The position numbers and the translations under genes were made by a program. Positions 27,861-39,710 of a stretch of 64,000 bases of DNA are shown in pieces (position 1 is the stretch's first letter; each line of letters opens with the position of its first letter). The notes beneath the pieces were generated by a model. The model was not told the DNA's origin, ran no database searches, and was given only the letters and a program-made list of their open reading frames with translations. The stretch lies in the NCBI GenBank assembly GCA_964016885.1, contig OZ024748.1, positions 16,058,001 through 16,122,000 of the forward strand, given 5' to 3'. Source of the DNA: Eledone cirrhosa (lineage: Eukaryota).

Positions 27861-29520
27861 ATAATGAAATTATAAAAGTAATTTTAGTAAACACTTCCAA
27901 ATGGATTCAAATACAGTGTATTTCATTAGAAAGTTGCTCATACAAGGGGATAATATTGCTCTAGAGCTATCCATCAAAGAATTTTTGATATATTTTAAGT
28001 CTTCACTGGGATAGTGAAGGCCTGTGACCTAGTGGTAAAGGTGTTGGACTTACAATCATAATTCCATGAGTTTGATTCCTGGGATGGATTGAGTGTTATG
28101 TTCTTAAGCAAAACACTTCATTTCACATTGCTTCAATATACTCAGCTGAAAACGAGTACCAGCAATAACTGCGGGTTTAATCCTGTGATGGACTGGTGTC
28201 CTGTCCATATTGGGAGAGAGTCTTGTACTCTCAGTCACTTAATGTCACAGAAACTGGGATAAGCACATGTTTAATGAGCCTTCTGACTTGAGACAGACTT
28301 TAGACTGGGATCAGAACCAATGTGTTAACAACCAACAAACCGATTATCTAAATTTACAAATTTAAAATACAATATATTTATTCAGAAACATTCATGTATA
28401 AAAAAACGTTATACACAATAAAAAGAATTCAGTGAAATTAAAATAAAATAAATTTTAGTGTTTACCCTTTGAAGAAGATAAAAAAATTTGTTATCTTTAA
28501 ACATAATTCATTCTTTACAAATATTTTTGTTTGTGGAAATGAAAGAAATTGATCAGACAAAATCTACTGGTGATAATCCTCTTAAGATGCTAACCATCAA
28601 TAATCTCAAACTTCAAAAAACATTGTAATTCTTTGCTTCAAACGAATTACTTCTATCAGTAGAATAATGGTGAGTGTTTAGAAAATATTGTCTTAATTAT
28701 TCTAAATCTCACTTAATTCTGTGCCCTTTGCCCTTCCACCAAAGTTTAAATATCTGATGACAATTAGCTCCTTCCATACAGATCATTTAAACAAATTATT
28801 ATTTACTCTGATGAAATTCTCTTGTTTGTTTTGTTAACACAACGGGTCATATATGAAGAATGGCCCAGTCGTGGTAATGGGGATAGTAATGATGTTAGTG
28901 AGATAAACTACTCGGGGATGCCTGCTACATTGAAAATTACTAGTAAAGTGTTTGGTAGCATTGATGAATGTCTCTTCTACTTTGTATTGTCATGCTGAAT
29001 ATTGTAATAACCCAAAAGTGGTAGTAGTAGTAGGAAGGAGGAAATCTCAGGGATGCCTGCTGCATTGAAAATTAACAGTAAAGTGTTTGTTAGCACTGAT
29101 GAATGTTTGTTGCTCATCATATTGTCATGTTGGTTAATGCAATACACTAGGTGATATGATGTGGAGAATGACCAGGAAGTGGTGATAGAAATACTCAGGG
29201 ATGCCCAGTGCATTGAAACATCATAGTAAAGCATTTACTAGCATTGATGGATACTCCATTCAGTTTCAATGATGAGCACTTGGCTGTTTGATCAACTTGG
29301 GGATTAACATGTATTTGTCATTTATTTAACAAACCCCTTGTTTTATTTCTATGACTTAACCAAGAAGGAGGGTATCCCTCAGTACCCTTTTCCATGGCCT
29401 CCTAGACTGAAGGCTTCAAGTTGTCCTCTGACCAAAGACTTAGTCTCAATACTTGCAACAGAGCCAATTCATCTAAAGGCACCCAAGAGCTAGGTGGCTG
29501 TTTTAAACTGAACAACAGAT

Positions 29521-29730
29521 TAACCCTTTAGTATTTACATTACTCTATATATATTATTGTATTTTCGCAGTAAAGGTTTTATCTCACATAATATCGATTC
29601 TATGAGATTTTGATATTATTTATTTTGAGAACAATACCTGAACATAAGTATGAGTGGCTAGTTATGGCTGGTTTGAACAGAAATAGGTGAGAGAACTCTG
29701 GCCGGATATGGCCAGTTTAAATGCTAAAGA
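29521..29730. mobile_element. piggyBac-type MITE, single copy
   Basis: TTAA-ccctttagtatt ... aaatgctaaag; same family as the amplified copy at 53213-54459. Confidence 0.7.
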
Positions 29731-30174
29731 ATCTGACCCTAAAACACATGGACAATACTTGCAACACAATTCTACACAGTTTCTGTCTATCAAATTTTAC
29801 TCACACCTCTTTGGTAAATATCAGGCTATGGTACAATATACTTTCTGAAAGTTATCTCATAGTTTTAATACCATTAAAAATAATGGTTGTACTATTACTG
29901 GAGAAGAAAATTTATTTTATCTAAAAAATGAAATTTAATTTTAAAGTCATCATTCATATGAGTCATATTTTTAAAAGTAATAAAAGAAATATTAGTAAAA
30001 TTACAGTTTACTAATCAATTGAAATGAAATGACTCAATATAAACAAACCTTTATTGAATATCTTCCAGAAAACAGTAGTAAAATCAAATAAATTAAATAT
30101 TGATGTAGTGAACACATGAATATGTAAACACATGTACATGTCAACACATGCATATGCCACAAAAAAACAGACTA

Positions 30175-30341
30175 CTGTATTTCCTGGTGCTGAAAACACT
30201 TCATCCTCGAGGACACACCTTAATTTTGACAACCAAAAATTTGAAAAAAATAATAAACAAGCTTCGGCCTCCAGGACGCATAGTAGATATTTTAGACTTA
30301 TTTTAAGAAAAAAGTAGCGTCTTCGAGTCCAGGAAATACAG
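30175..30341. mobile_element. pogo/Tigger-type MITE
   Basis: TA-ctgtatttcctgg ... ccaggaaatacag-TA, 13 bp perfect terminal inverted repeat. Confidence 0.8.
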
Positions 30342-30474
30342 TAAGTGGATTCTCTGTCAGTTTAAATGATGAATATTCCAGTTGTTTAATCAACTGAGCT
30401 ATCTTTTCACCGATGTGTAAAGGACATGGTTGAGTATTTTACATATTGGAATCTTTATTTAACACATTTAATAC

Positions 30475-30661
30475 CAAACCGTCCCAAGCTTCCCCAGCCC
30501 ACTACAAAATGCCCTAATCCTAACCGTCTCAAACTACCCAGTTCATTACAAATCACTCTAACCCTAACAGTCTCAAACTGCCCCAGCCCACTACAACACA
30601 GTCTAACCCTAACTGTCTCAAACTGCCCCAGTTCACTACAAACCACTCTAACCCTAACCCA
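30475..30661. repeat. Approximately 42 bp minisatellite with a telomere-like CTAACCCTAAC motif
   Basis: gtctcaaactgccccag..ctaaccctaac repeated about 4 times. Confidence 0.8.
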
Positions 30662-30767
30662 TTTTAAAATGTTGATAGTTAATGAAAATAAATACCTTTG
30701 ATCAAAATTTTATTTAAGGTTTTTTTTTTGTAATATTCCAAATATCAGCTTACTAATGAAAAGGTTA

Positions 30768-31079
30768 CTGTATTTGCTGGTCTATTAGACGCCCCTTCAT
30801 ATAAGATGCCTCCTGTTTTAAAAGGACATTTTGAGAAAAAAAGAATTTTAGTACATTTCTTCATAAATTTATAAAATATAATTTCATTGTTTTCTTCAAA
30901 ACTCATATAAGTTCAACATAATTTTTTTAATAATAGTAAAGAAAAATAAATTTTTTAACCATGATTATCCTCACTCTGTTCAGCTTCCATCAGGGATATG
31001 GGCATATAGGATGCAGGGAAGATTTCTTTAATATGTTTTTTGGAGAAAAAAAATGTGTCCAAGAGGCCAGCAAATATGA
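30768..31079. mobile_element. Degenerate pogo/Tigger-type MITE
   Basis: TA-ctgtatttgctgg ... ccagcaaata. Confidence 0.6.
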
Positions 31080-32155
31080 TATATATTTTATTAGATTGTT
31101 AAAAATCTTTTTTATTATATTCAAAATAAATTGACACACATTGGTGGAGTGACTTTCATTAAAAATATGGCAACAAAAGGGTTAATATTTGAAACCCAGA
31201 ATAGAAAATTCACATGTAACATTTTGCATCATATTTCATTTCTTTTTATTTACTTGGTAGCTCTATATGAAGGGATAGTGTCCATAGTCTTTACGGGAGC
31301 TTCTGTGACCAGCCAAAAAGATCAATGCCATTATTGTTCAAAACTCTTTTTTTCTTTTACGTGTGTCAAGCAACTGGCTGAGGGCAATTATTTTAGTAAA
31401 AAATAAAAAAACTAGTGATTTCTCTAGAAGTCTATAGTATGTCTGTTATATAATGAAAGTTCAAGAATGAAATGAAAAGTAGTGAAAATCTAGCGACATT
31501 TGATAAACAGGCTTAACACCAGATGTTGGCAAGAACAATTTCGAAGCCACTGAAAATGGTTAAGAACCACAATAATATTTAAATATATGAAAGATTGTGA
31601 AGAAGAAATACAAGTAAGAGTAGAGAGGGAGAAAGTTTAGTGGAATCAAAGTAGATGTATTAGGTGGCAGACTTAGAAAACAAGTCTGGGAATAAAGTGT
31701 TGATTAAAGAAAATACGATATATCTCTGATAGGAAAGACAGCTAAAAAATAAACATTGAGAAGAAAGAAAATGGATAATAAAACAATATGTGATCTGATA
31801 TGGTGCAGCGTATGTGTTTATTCCATTGTGTATTGTGATGAGTCGTGTAATGTATTTTATGTGTGTGTGTGTGTGTGTTTTGTACGTTTATTCCAGCATG
31901 TGTTTATGCTTGATTACAAGTGTGTGCATGTATAAATTATTGGTGCACTAGTGATGTTTTGTATCCAATGTGTGGAGCATTCTTCCAATTAACATATATA
32001 TGTGTGTGTGTATATATATATAGACACATATGCATATTTATATATAAATATATATATATATTTCTGTTTGTAAAAGGTAAACAGAAATACAACACAATCA
32101 GTACAGTATATGGAAGGAATATATTAGGTTAACACTTGAAATAGCAGGAAGAGGG

Positions 32156-32191
32156 TCTTAACGTTTTGGATGCTAGTCCTTCATCAGAAGA
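32156..32191 (-). ncRNA. Degenerate minimal hammerhead motif lacking stem III
   Basis: Minus strand reads ucuu CUGAUGA agga-cuagca-ucc AAAACGUU aaga. The catalytic G of GAAA is mutated to A; palindromic AACGUU retained. Confidence 0.5.
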
Positions 32192-32409
32192 AAGAATGAG
32201 AAATAAGATAGATTAAAGAGACAGTAATAGACGGGTGAGAAGAAGAAGGTGGTCTAAGGAGATTGTAGGAGAGGAAAAGTGATAGAGTTGTGGTATATTT
32301 AAATGCAAGAAGCAGGGAAAATGTAAGTGATACGAAAGATTATATATATATATGTAATGAGGTAAGGACAACAAGGAATACGGACAACAAGGAATACGGA
32401 CTACTAATT

Positions 32410-32530
32410 TAATGTGAATCAGGGCTCTGTCCTCAACCCCCTCCCATTTGTTATTGTCTTCCACCTAATAACAGAGTTTAAAACTTGCTCCTCATGGTAA
32501 CTCCTATATACCAATGATTTAGTTCTCACA
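32410..32530 (+). pseudogene. Degenerate RTE reverse transcriptase fragment
   Basis: Reads VNQGSVLNPLPFVIV...W*LLYTNDLVL, matching the QGSVLSP and LYADD motifs. Confidence 0.65.
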
Positions 32531-32671
32531 ATCTCATGTAAGCTGGTTAGAGTGATCTTAACTTTAGAAGTACAGAAATCACTCTTATCTCCAGTAGCTG
32601 GCTGACAATATAGAGATTTGGTTGTTCTTTTAGTTCTTCTGTGTGATCATTTTGAATTGTATATATATATA

Positions 32672-32740
32672 CAGTGTGTCCACAAAAGGTGTATACACAC
32701 TTCAACAGTATTCTAATAAATATTGCCTGGGGACACCCTG
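32672..32740. mobile_element. Tiny mariner-type MITE remnant
   Basis: TA-cagtgtgtcc ... ggacaccctg-TA within a (TA)n tract. Confidence 0.6.
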
Positions 32741-32869
32741 TATATATATATGCTTATTAAGTGACCTGTTTTAGGACTCTCATGAATATAGGAGTATATT
32801 TATGTTGAAATATTTATAGAAAATGATTTTGTGGGAATGTGTTTTTATAAAAGAAATGAAACTATGTAG

Positions 32870-32883
32870 TGTGTATATATATG

Positions 32884-32935
<52 letters not shown>

Positions 32936-32954
32936 CACATATATATATATATAT

Positions 32955-33051
<97 letters not shown>

Positions 33052-33106
33052 CATACGTACATATATATATATACACATACATACATACATATATATATAT
33101 ATATAC

Positions 33107-33163
<57 letters not shown>

Positions 33164-33175
33164 CATACATATATA

Positions 33176-33207
<32 letters not shown>

Positions 33208-33372
33208 CCTACATATATATATATATATACCTACATATATATATATATACATACCTACATATATATATATACATACCTACATACATACCTACATATATAT
33301 TTATATATATGTATACATACACATATATATATATATACACACATACATATATATATACATACATATATATAT

Positions 33373-33403
<31 letters not shown>

Positions 33404-33556
33404 CATACATATATATATATATATACATACATATATATATATATATATATACATACATATATATATATACATATATACATACATATATATATACATACAT
33501 ATATATATATACATATATACATACATATATATATACATACATACATATATATATAT

Positions 33557-33628
<72 letters not shown>

Positions 33629-33645
33629 ATATATATATATGTATG

Positions 33646-33677
<32 letters not shown>

Positions 33678-33678
33678 C

Positions 33679-33709
<31 letters not shown>

Positions 33710-33710
33710 A
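32870..33710. repeat. (TA)n/(TACA)n microsatellite
   Basis: Directly visible. Confidence 0.98.
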
Positions 33711-33872
33711 TAGATAAGTGTGTGTTTCATCAACTTCTCGTGCTTTGCAATTTACTGTTAAGTCTGTATTTGTATGCACTTGCATGAATAACCACATTAT
33801 CAAGTATTGATATATTTAAATGTGTACGTGTGTTTGCAAGTAAGCATGTATGTATGTATCTGTATATATGTA

Positions 33873-33945
<73 letters not shown>

Positions 33946-34021
33946 TTTTGTACAAATGAAAATTTGCGTTATATGTTTGCTGTGCAAATAGAATTAGATT
34001 TTAAAAAATATCAACTAAATA

Positions 34022-34835
34022 ACCCCACCCCAGCACTACCACGATCACCATCATCACCACCACCTCTACCACCACCAGCACCACGACTCCCACCAGCACT
34101 ACCACCATCATCATCACAACCAGCAGCACCACCACCACCACTACCACCACCACCACCACCACCACCACTACCACCACCACCACCACAACTCCCTCCAGTA
34201 CTACCACCATCATCATCACAACCAGCAGCACCACCACGACTCTCACCAGCACTACCACCACCACCACCACCACCACCACCACCACAACTCCAACCAGCAC
34301 TACCACCATCATCATCACCACCACCACCACCAACACCACAACTCCCTCCAGTACTACCACCATCATCATCACAACCAGCAGCACCACCACCACCACGACT
34401 CTCACCAGCACTACCACCATCATCACCACCACCACCACCACCACCACCACCATCATCACAACCAGCAGCACCACCACCACCAGCACCACGACTCCCACCA
34501 GTACTACCACCATCATCATCACCACCACCACCACCACCACCACCACCACCACCACAAATCCCACCAGCACTACCACCATCATCACCACCACCAACACCAG
34601 TACCACAACTCCCACCAGTACTACCACCATCATCATCACAACCAGCAGCACTACCATCACCAGCACCACCACACCCGTCAGTACTACCACCACCACCACC
34701 ACCACCACCACCACACCCGCCAGTACTACCACCATCATTATCACTACCAGCACCTCTACCATCACCAGCACCGCTACCATCACCAGCACCAACCACTGCC
34801 ACCACTACCATCACTATTGCTGGTGATGCCACTAC
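34022..34835. repeat. Patterned (CCA)n-derived array with higher-order units
   Basis: Recurrent caactcccwccagyactaccaccatcatcatcacaaccagcagca modules. Confidence 0.92.
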
Positions 34836-34895
34836 TTCGGGCTCTCCCCCCCCCCCTCACTGCCACCAACACTCACCTTAAAAGATACAAATTAC

Positions 34896-34930
<35 letters not shown>

Positions 34931-34976
34931 GTATATATATATATATATATATAATGTATATATATATATATATATA

Positions 34977-35024
<48 letters not shown>

Positions 35025-35027
<3 letters not shown>

Positions 35028-35218
35028 TGAGATTCTAAAGGACTAGAACTGTTTCATTCTTTAGAAATCATCAGGAATCATCATGAGATTCCTGATGATT
35101 TCTAAAGAATGAAACAGTTCTAGTCCTGTAGAATCTCATCTATATTAAAACTTTTATACTCTGCTATGTATTGAGTACCTTACTTACTGTGGTTACCTCC
35201 GATTCAACCCGGAATAAC

Positions 35219-35220
<2 letters not shown>
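35025..35220 (+). mobile_element. Hammerhead-bearing palindromic element inserted in (TA)n
   Basis: Inverted arms about 35025-35079 and 35087-35141, then an 80 bp tail with actctgcta..ttgagtac; flanked by TA tracts. Confidence 0.75.
35083..35139 (+). ncRNA. Type I hammerhead ribozyme, complete core
   Basis: Stem I augagauuc/gaaucucau (9 bp), CUGAUGA 35092-35098, stem II uuc-uaaa-gaa, GAAA 35111, stem III ACAG/CUGU, cleavage triplet GUA ending at 35130. Confidence 0.82.
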
Positions 35221-35277
<57 letters not shown>

Positions 35278-35439
35278 GGAGGCGAGTTTTATTGTAGTAC
35301 AATAAAGCAATGCAGATATCGGATAAGAAGCACTCTACAGTTTGTAGGACTGGAGTATACATAATATATAAGATCATATATATGTTGATTTAAAACTGCA
35401 CTATCCACAAGTGTTTTTAACCTTCATATCATGTCCTCC

Positions 35440-35510
35440 TATTTTATCTGATGAAAACACAAATGTTATTGCATGATGATATTTGTTTTTGAAATGCGTA
35501 TAATAAAATA
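35440..35510 (+). ncRNA. Type I hammerhead ribozyme, minimal stem III
   Basis: Stem I uauuuuau/auaaaaua (8 bp), CUGAUGA 35448-35454, stem II with 14 of 15 pairs, GAAA 35491, ugcgua, AUA site ending at 35502. Confidence 0.78.
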
Positions 35511-35584
35511 CATGGAACTCATTTAACCATCTTTTGATCTTATATATTATATATATATATATATACACATATATAATGTGCATG

Positions 35585-35626
<42 letters not shown>

Positions 35627-36149
35627 TATATATATATATATATGTATAATGCATGTAATATTTATATATATGTATATATATATATAATATATATGTATAA
35701 TGCATGTAATACATATAAATATATATATGTATAATGCATGTAATATTTATATATATATATATAAAACATACATTTAATCATTTGCCCCTCCCCCCCGCTC
35801 CTCTCTCCAAACAAAAAAAGATATATTTTTTTGCACTGTTAATATTAGTCCTTTGTTGTATATACGGCATCCATTTTCATTTTGTATCATGTAGAATTTT
35901 TATTTCTCATTTGATAACATTGACTAACAAATAAAGAACATATGAATTTATGGATGGATGTATTATGTATGTGCATGTGTATGTATGTGAGTGTGTGTGA
36001 GTGTGTGCCTGTATATATGTATGCATGTATGTATCTATATGTATGAATGTGCATGTGTGTGTATGTATTTATATATGTATGTATGTATATGTATATATAC
36101 ACATAAATATGCATACAAATATGAACTCACACACACACACACACACACA

Positions 36150-36180
<31 letters not shown>

Positions 36181-36183
<3 letters not shown>

Positions 36184-36303
36184 TATTCCGGGTTGAATCA
36201 GAGGTAACCACAGTAAGTAAGGTACTCAATACATAGCAGAGTATAACAGTTTTAATATAGATGAGATTCTACAGGACTAGAACTGTTTCATTCTTTAGAA
36301 ATC
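36181..36303 (-). mobile_element. Second, 5'-truncated copy of the 35.1 kb hammerhead element
   Basis: Reverse complement of about 35097-35220 with few mismatches; lacks CUGAUGA; flanked by TA tracts. Confidence 0.8.
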
Positions 36304-36305
36304 TC

Positions 36306-36343
<38 letters not shown>

Positions 36344-36519
36344 CACACACACACACATATATATATGATATATACACACACACTATACATATATGTGTGT
36401 GCGTGTGTGACTTGTGGTTATGTATACATGCATATATATGTATATATACACAGACACGCATATGCATATATACATAATCACACACACATATATATATCTA
36501 TCTATCTATATCTCTCTTT

Positions 36520-36872
36520 GGAAGAACAATCAGGATGGAGAGAGAGGTGCTGTACCCCAGCAAGTTTTATGAAAGGTGGGTGAAAGTGGCGAGAATGGCC
36601 CGAGTGAATGGGACTTCTCTCTATATCAGCCTGTAGGTTGAGGAAAAAGAGGAAGAGAGGAAAGGGGTACTCACTCTTTGTACTCCTGGAGATGAGGGTT
36701 GCACATTTTTTCGGGGGTATGTGTTACCCATATGTAATGTCTCCCCATATTGGGGAAAATCGATTAATTTTTAAATTGCATTTGTGATAGTATTTTGCAC
36801 CTTTTTATTGTATGTAAACTTCCCCCTTTGTATTTGTCCCCTTCTTTTGTGCCCCTGTGGCTAATAAAGAAC
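36520..36872 (+). mobile_element. Tx1/L1-like retrotransposon 3' end
   Basis: Reads RTIRMEREVLYPSKFYERWVKVARMARVNGTSLYISL*, then a UTR ending gtggctAATAAAgaa. Confidence 0.65.
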
Positions 36873-37329
36873 TATTTCTCTCTACCTCTCTCTCTATATA
36901 TATACTCTATCTCTATATATATATATACATATATCTATATATATCTATATACCTATCTATCTATATATATATATATACATATATCCATATATAATTAAAC
37001 GGAAAAAATGAAACAAAATTTCATTTCCCACTCTTAGTACGGCTGTTACTTAAATATAAGTATGTACACATACATACATATATGTATACAGACGTACAGC
37101 AGTATGTATATATATATACATACATGCACACATATATATATGTACATATGGATTCACCGAACATTTATTATAATAATACTGTACGTCTGTATACATATAT
37201 GTATGTACGTGTACATACTTATATATATAATTAGATATATTCTTATATCACACATGTGGAAGATTTCTGTGGGAACCTAACAAATGGCTCAGTGCAAAAG
37301 ATGAGAAGATATTAACTAAACAAATTAAA

Positions 37330-37332
37330 ACA

Positions 37333-37373
<41 letters not shown>

Positions 37374-38335
37374 CACAACTACTACTGCTGCTGCTGATAC
37401 TACTGCTGCCATTATTAATACCACTAAGACTTCTACTACTAATACTACAACTATTACTACTGCTGCTGTTAGTACTGCTACTGATACTACTGCTGCCATT
37501 ACTAATACTACTACAACTTCTACCATTAACAACACCAAAACTACTACTACTACTACTACTACTACTACAAAGACAGCAACCACAAAATTGTTAACAATGA
37601 CAACAAGAATCTCTTCTTTATTAATAACAACAGCAGCAGCAGCAACTGTAACAGCAACATCAACATCAGCAACAACAACAGCATCACAACATCAATGAGA
37701 ATTATAATAACAAGGTCATCAATAACAATAATATCATCAACCACAACACTAACAACAACAAAGGCAACTATACAAAACAACAACAACACTAACTACAACA
37801 AAAGCAACTATAAAAAACAACAACAACACTAACAAAAACAAAGGCAACTATAAAAAACAACAACAACACTAACAACAACAAAGGCAACTATAAAAAACAA
37901 CAACAACACTAACAACAACAAAGGCAACTATAAAAAAACAACAACAACACTAACAAAAACAAAGGCAACTATAAAAAAACAACAACACTAACAAAAACAA
38001 AGGCAACTATAAAAAACAACACTAACAAAAACAAAGGCAACTATAAAAAACAACACTAACAAAAACAAAGGCAACTATAAAAAACAACAACACTAACAAC
38101 AACAAAGGCAACAATAAAAAACAATAACAACACTAACAAAAACAACTAGGTCAACTCTAACAACAACAACAACTATAAAAACAATAACAACAACAAAGGC
38201 AACTATAAAAAACAACACTAACAACAAAATCAACATTAACAACAAAGCCATCAGCAACAACAACAACAAAAACAACAAAGATAACACTAACAACAACAAA
38301 GACAACAACTAACAACAAAACCAACAAAAGAAACA
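37330..38335. repeat. (CTA)/(ACA) low-complexity tract with an approximately 33-40 bp aaggcaactataaaaaacaac minisatellite
   Basis: Directly visible. Confidence 0.9.
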
Positions 38336-38800
38336 ATGTTATCCTATTGCAATAAAACTTTTATTAACAATAACCAATGTGAAATTCAATCATTTTCAGT
38401 GTTTAAACAATTGTAAATTATTTAATCTAATGACACTGATGTCATATGAACTAACTGCTATCATATGATGTTTTTATTGAAATATTAATTCTTTTTACTC
38501 TTTTACTGGTTCCACTCATTAGACTGTGCCCATGCTGGGGCACCAACATGAAAGGTTATAGTAGATCATATTGACCCAAGAACTCAGTTTTGTTGGGGGT
38601 TTTTTTTTCTTTTCAAGTCTGGAACATATTTTACCGAACCACGAAATTGTGAGTTATGGGGGGGGGGGGGGGCGCAAACATAAACATCGATGTAAACATG
38701 AACACACACAGAGACGTTTGTCTATCTGTCTGCCTATATGTCTATCTATCTATCTACCTACTTATTGATCTATCTATCTATCTATCTATCTATCTATAAA

Positions 38801-38937
38801 CTGTCTCCCTCTATTGGGGAAAATCGACTAACTTTTTAAATTGCATTTGTGATAACATTTTACACGTTTTTATTGTATGTAAACTTCCCCCTTTGTATTT
38901 GTCCCCTTCTGTTGTGCCCCTGTGGCTAATAAAGAAA
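38801..38937 (+). mobile_element. Tx1/L1-like 3' UTR fragment within (CTAT)n
   Basis: Homologous to 36738-36872. Confidence 0.7.
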
Positions 38938-39031
38938 CATATCTATCTATCTATCTCTTGGTCTGTTTTCTATCTGTCTATATATCTATCTGTCTGCCTA
39001 TTTGTCTATCTATCTATCTACCTATTTATTG

Positions 39032-39079
<48 letters not shown>

Positions 39080-39139
39080 CTTAGTCTGTTTTCTATCTGT
39101 CTATATATCTATCTGTCTGCCTATTTGTCTATCTATTTG

Positions 39140-39710
39140 TTGGAAGGGCAACAAGTTGTAGAAACTATGCCAACAATGGAAGGTATGGAAGTGATGTGTG
39201 CACCTAAACTTAGTGTATCTGGGAGTAAAGTAACTCCAATGAAGCACTGTCTTAGTCTGTGATAACATGTCAGCCTCTTGCCAGGATGGAAAACCAGATG
39301 TTAAATGATGATGATGATGATGATGATGGCAGTGATGATAAGGATGATGGTGACGACGAGAATGATGATGATGACGATAATGTTGATGGTGATGGTTGTG
39401 ATAAAGATGATGATGATTACAAGGATAATGGCGATGATGATGATGATGATGGCGATGATGGTGATGACGATGGTGATGATGGTGATGACGATGGTGATGA
39501 TAAGGAGGTTGATAGCAATGGTGGTGGTGATGATGATGAAAACGTTGGCAATGGCGACGGTAACGATGGTGATGGAGATGATAATGATGATGCTGAGGAG
39601 GATAATGGCAATTGTGATGATGATGCTGGCGATGGTGATGATGAAGAGGATGATGAGCAGGAAGGGGATGGTACTGATGATGATGATGATGACAACAATG
39701 ATAAAGATAA
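39140..39710 (+). repeat. RTE-type tail followed by an expanded (GAT)n tract
   Basis: ggaagggcaac...gatgttaaatgatgat followed by about 400 bp of GAT-derived sequence. Confidence 0.75.

Noticed and set aside
33850-34881. 343 aa proline-rich ORF resembling formin or extensin
   Set aside because: It starts inside a TA tract, nearly all codons derive from CCA repeats, it is open on both strands, and there is no flanking domain or clear splice context.
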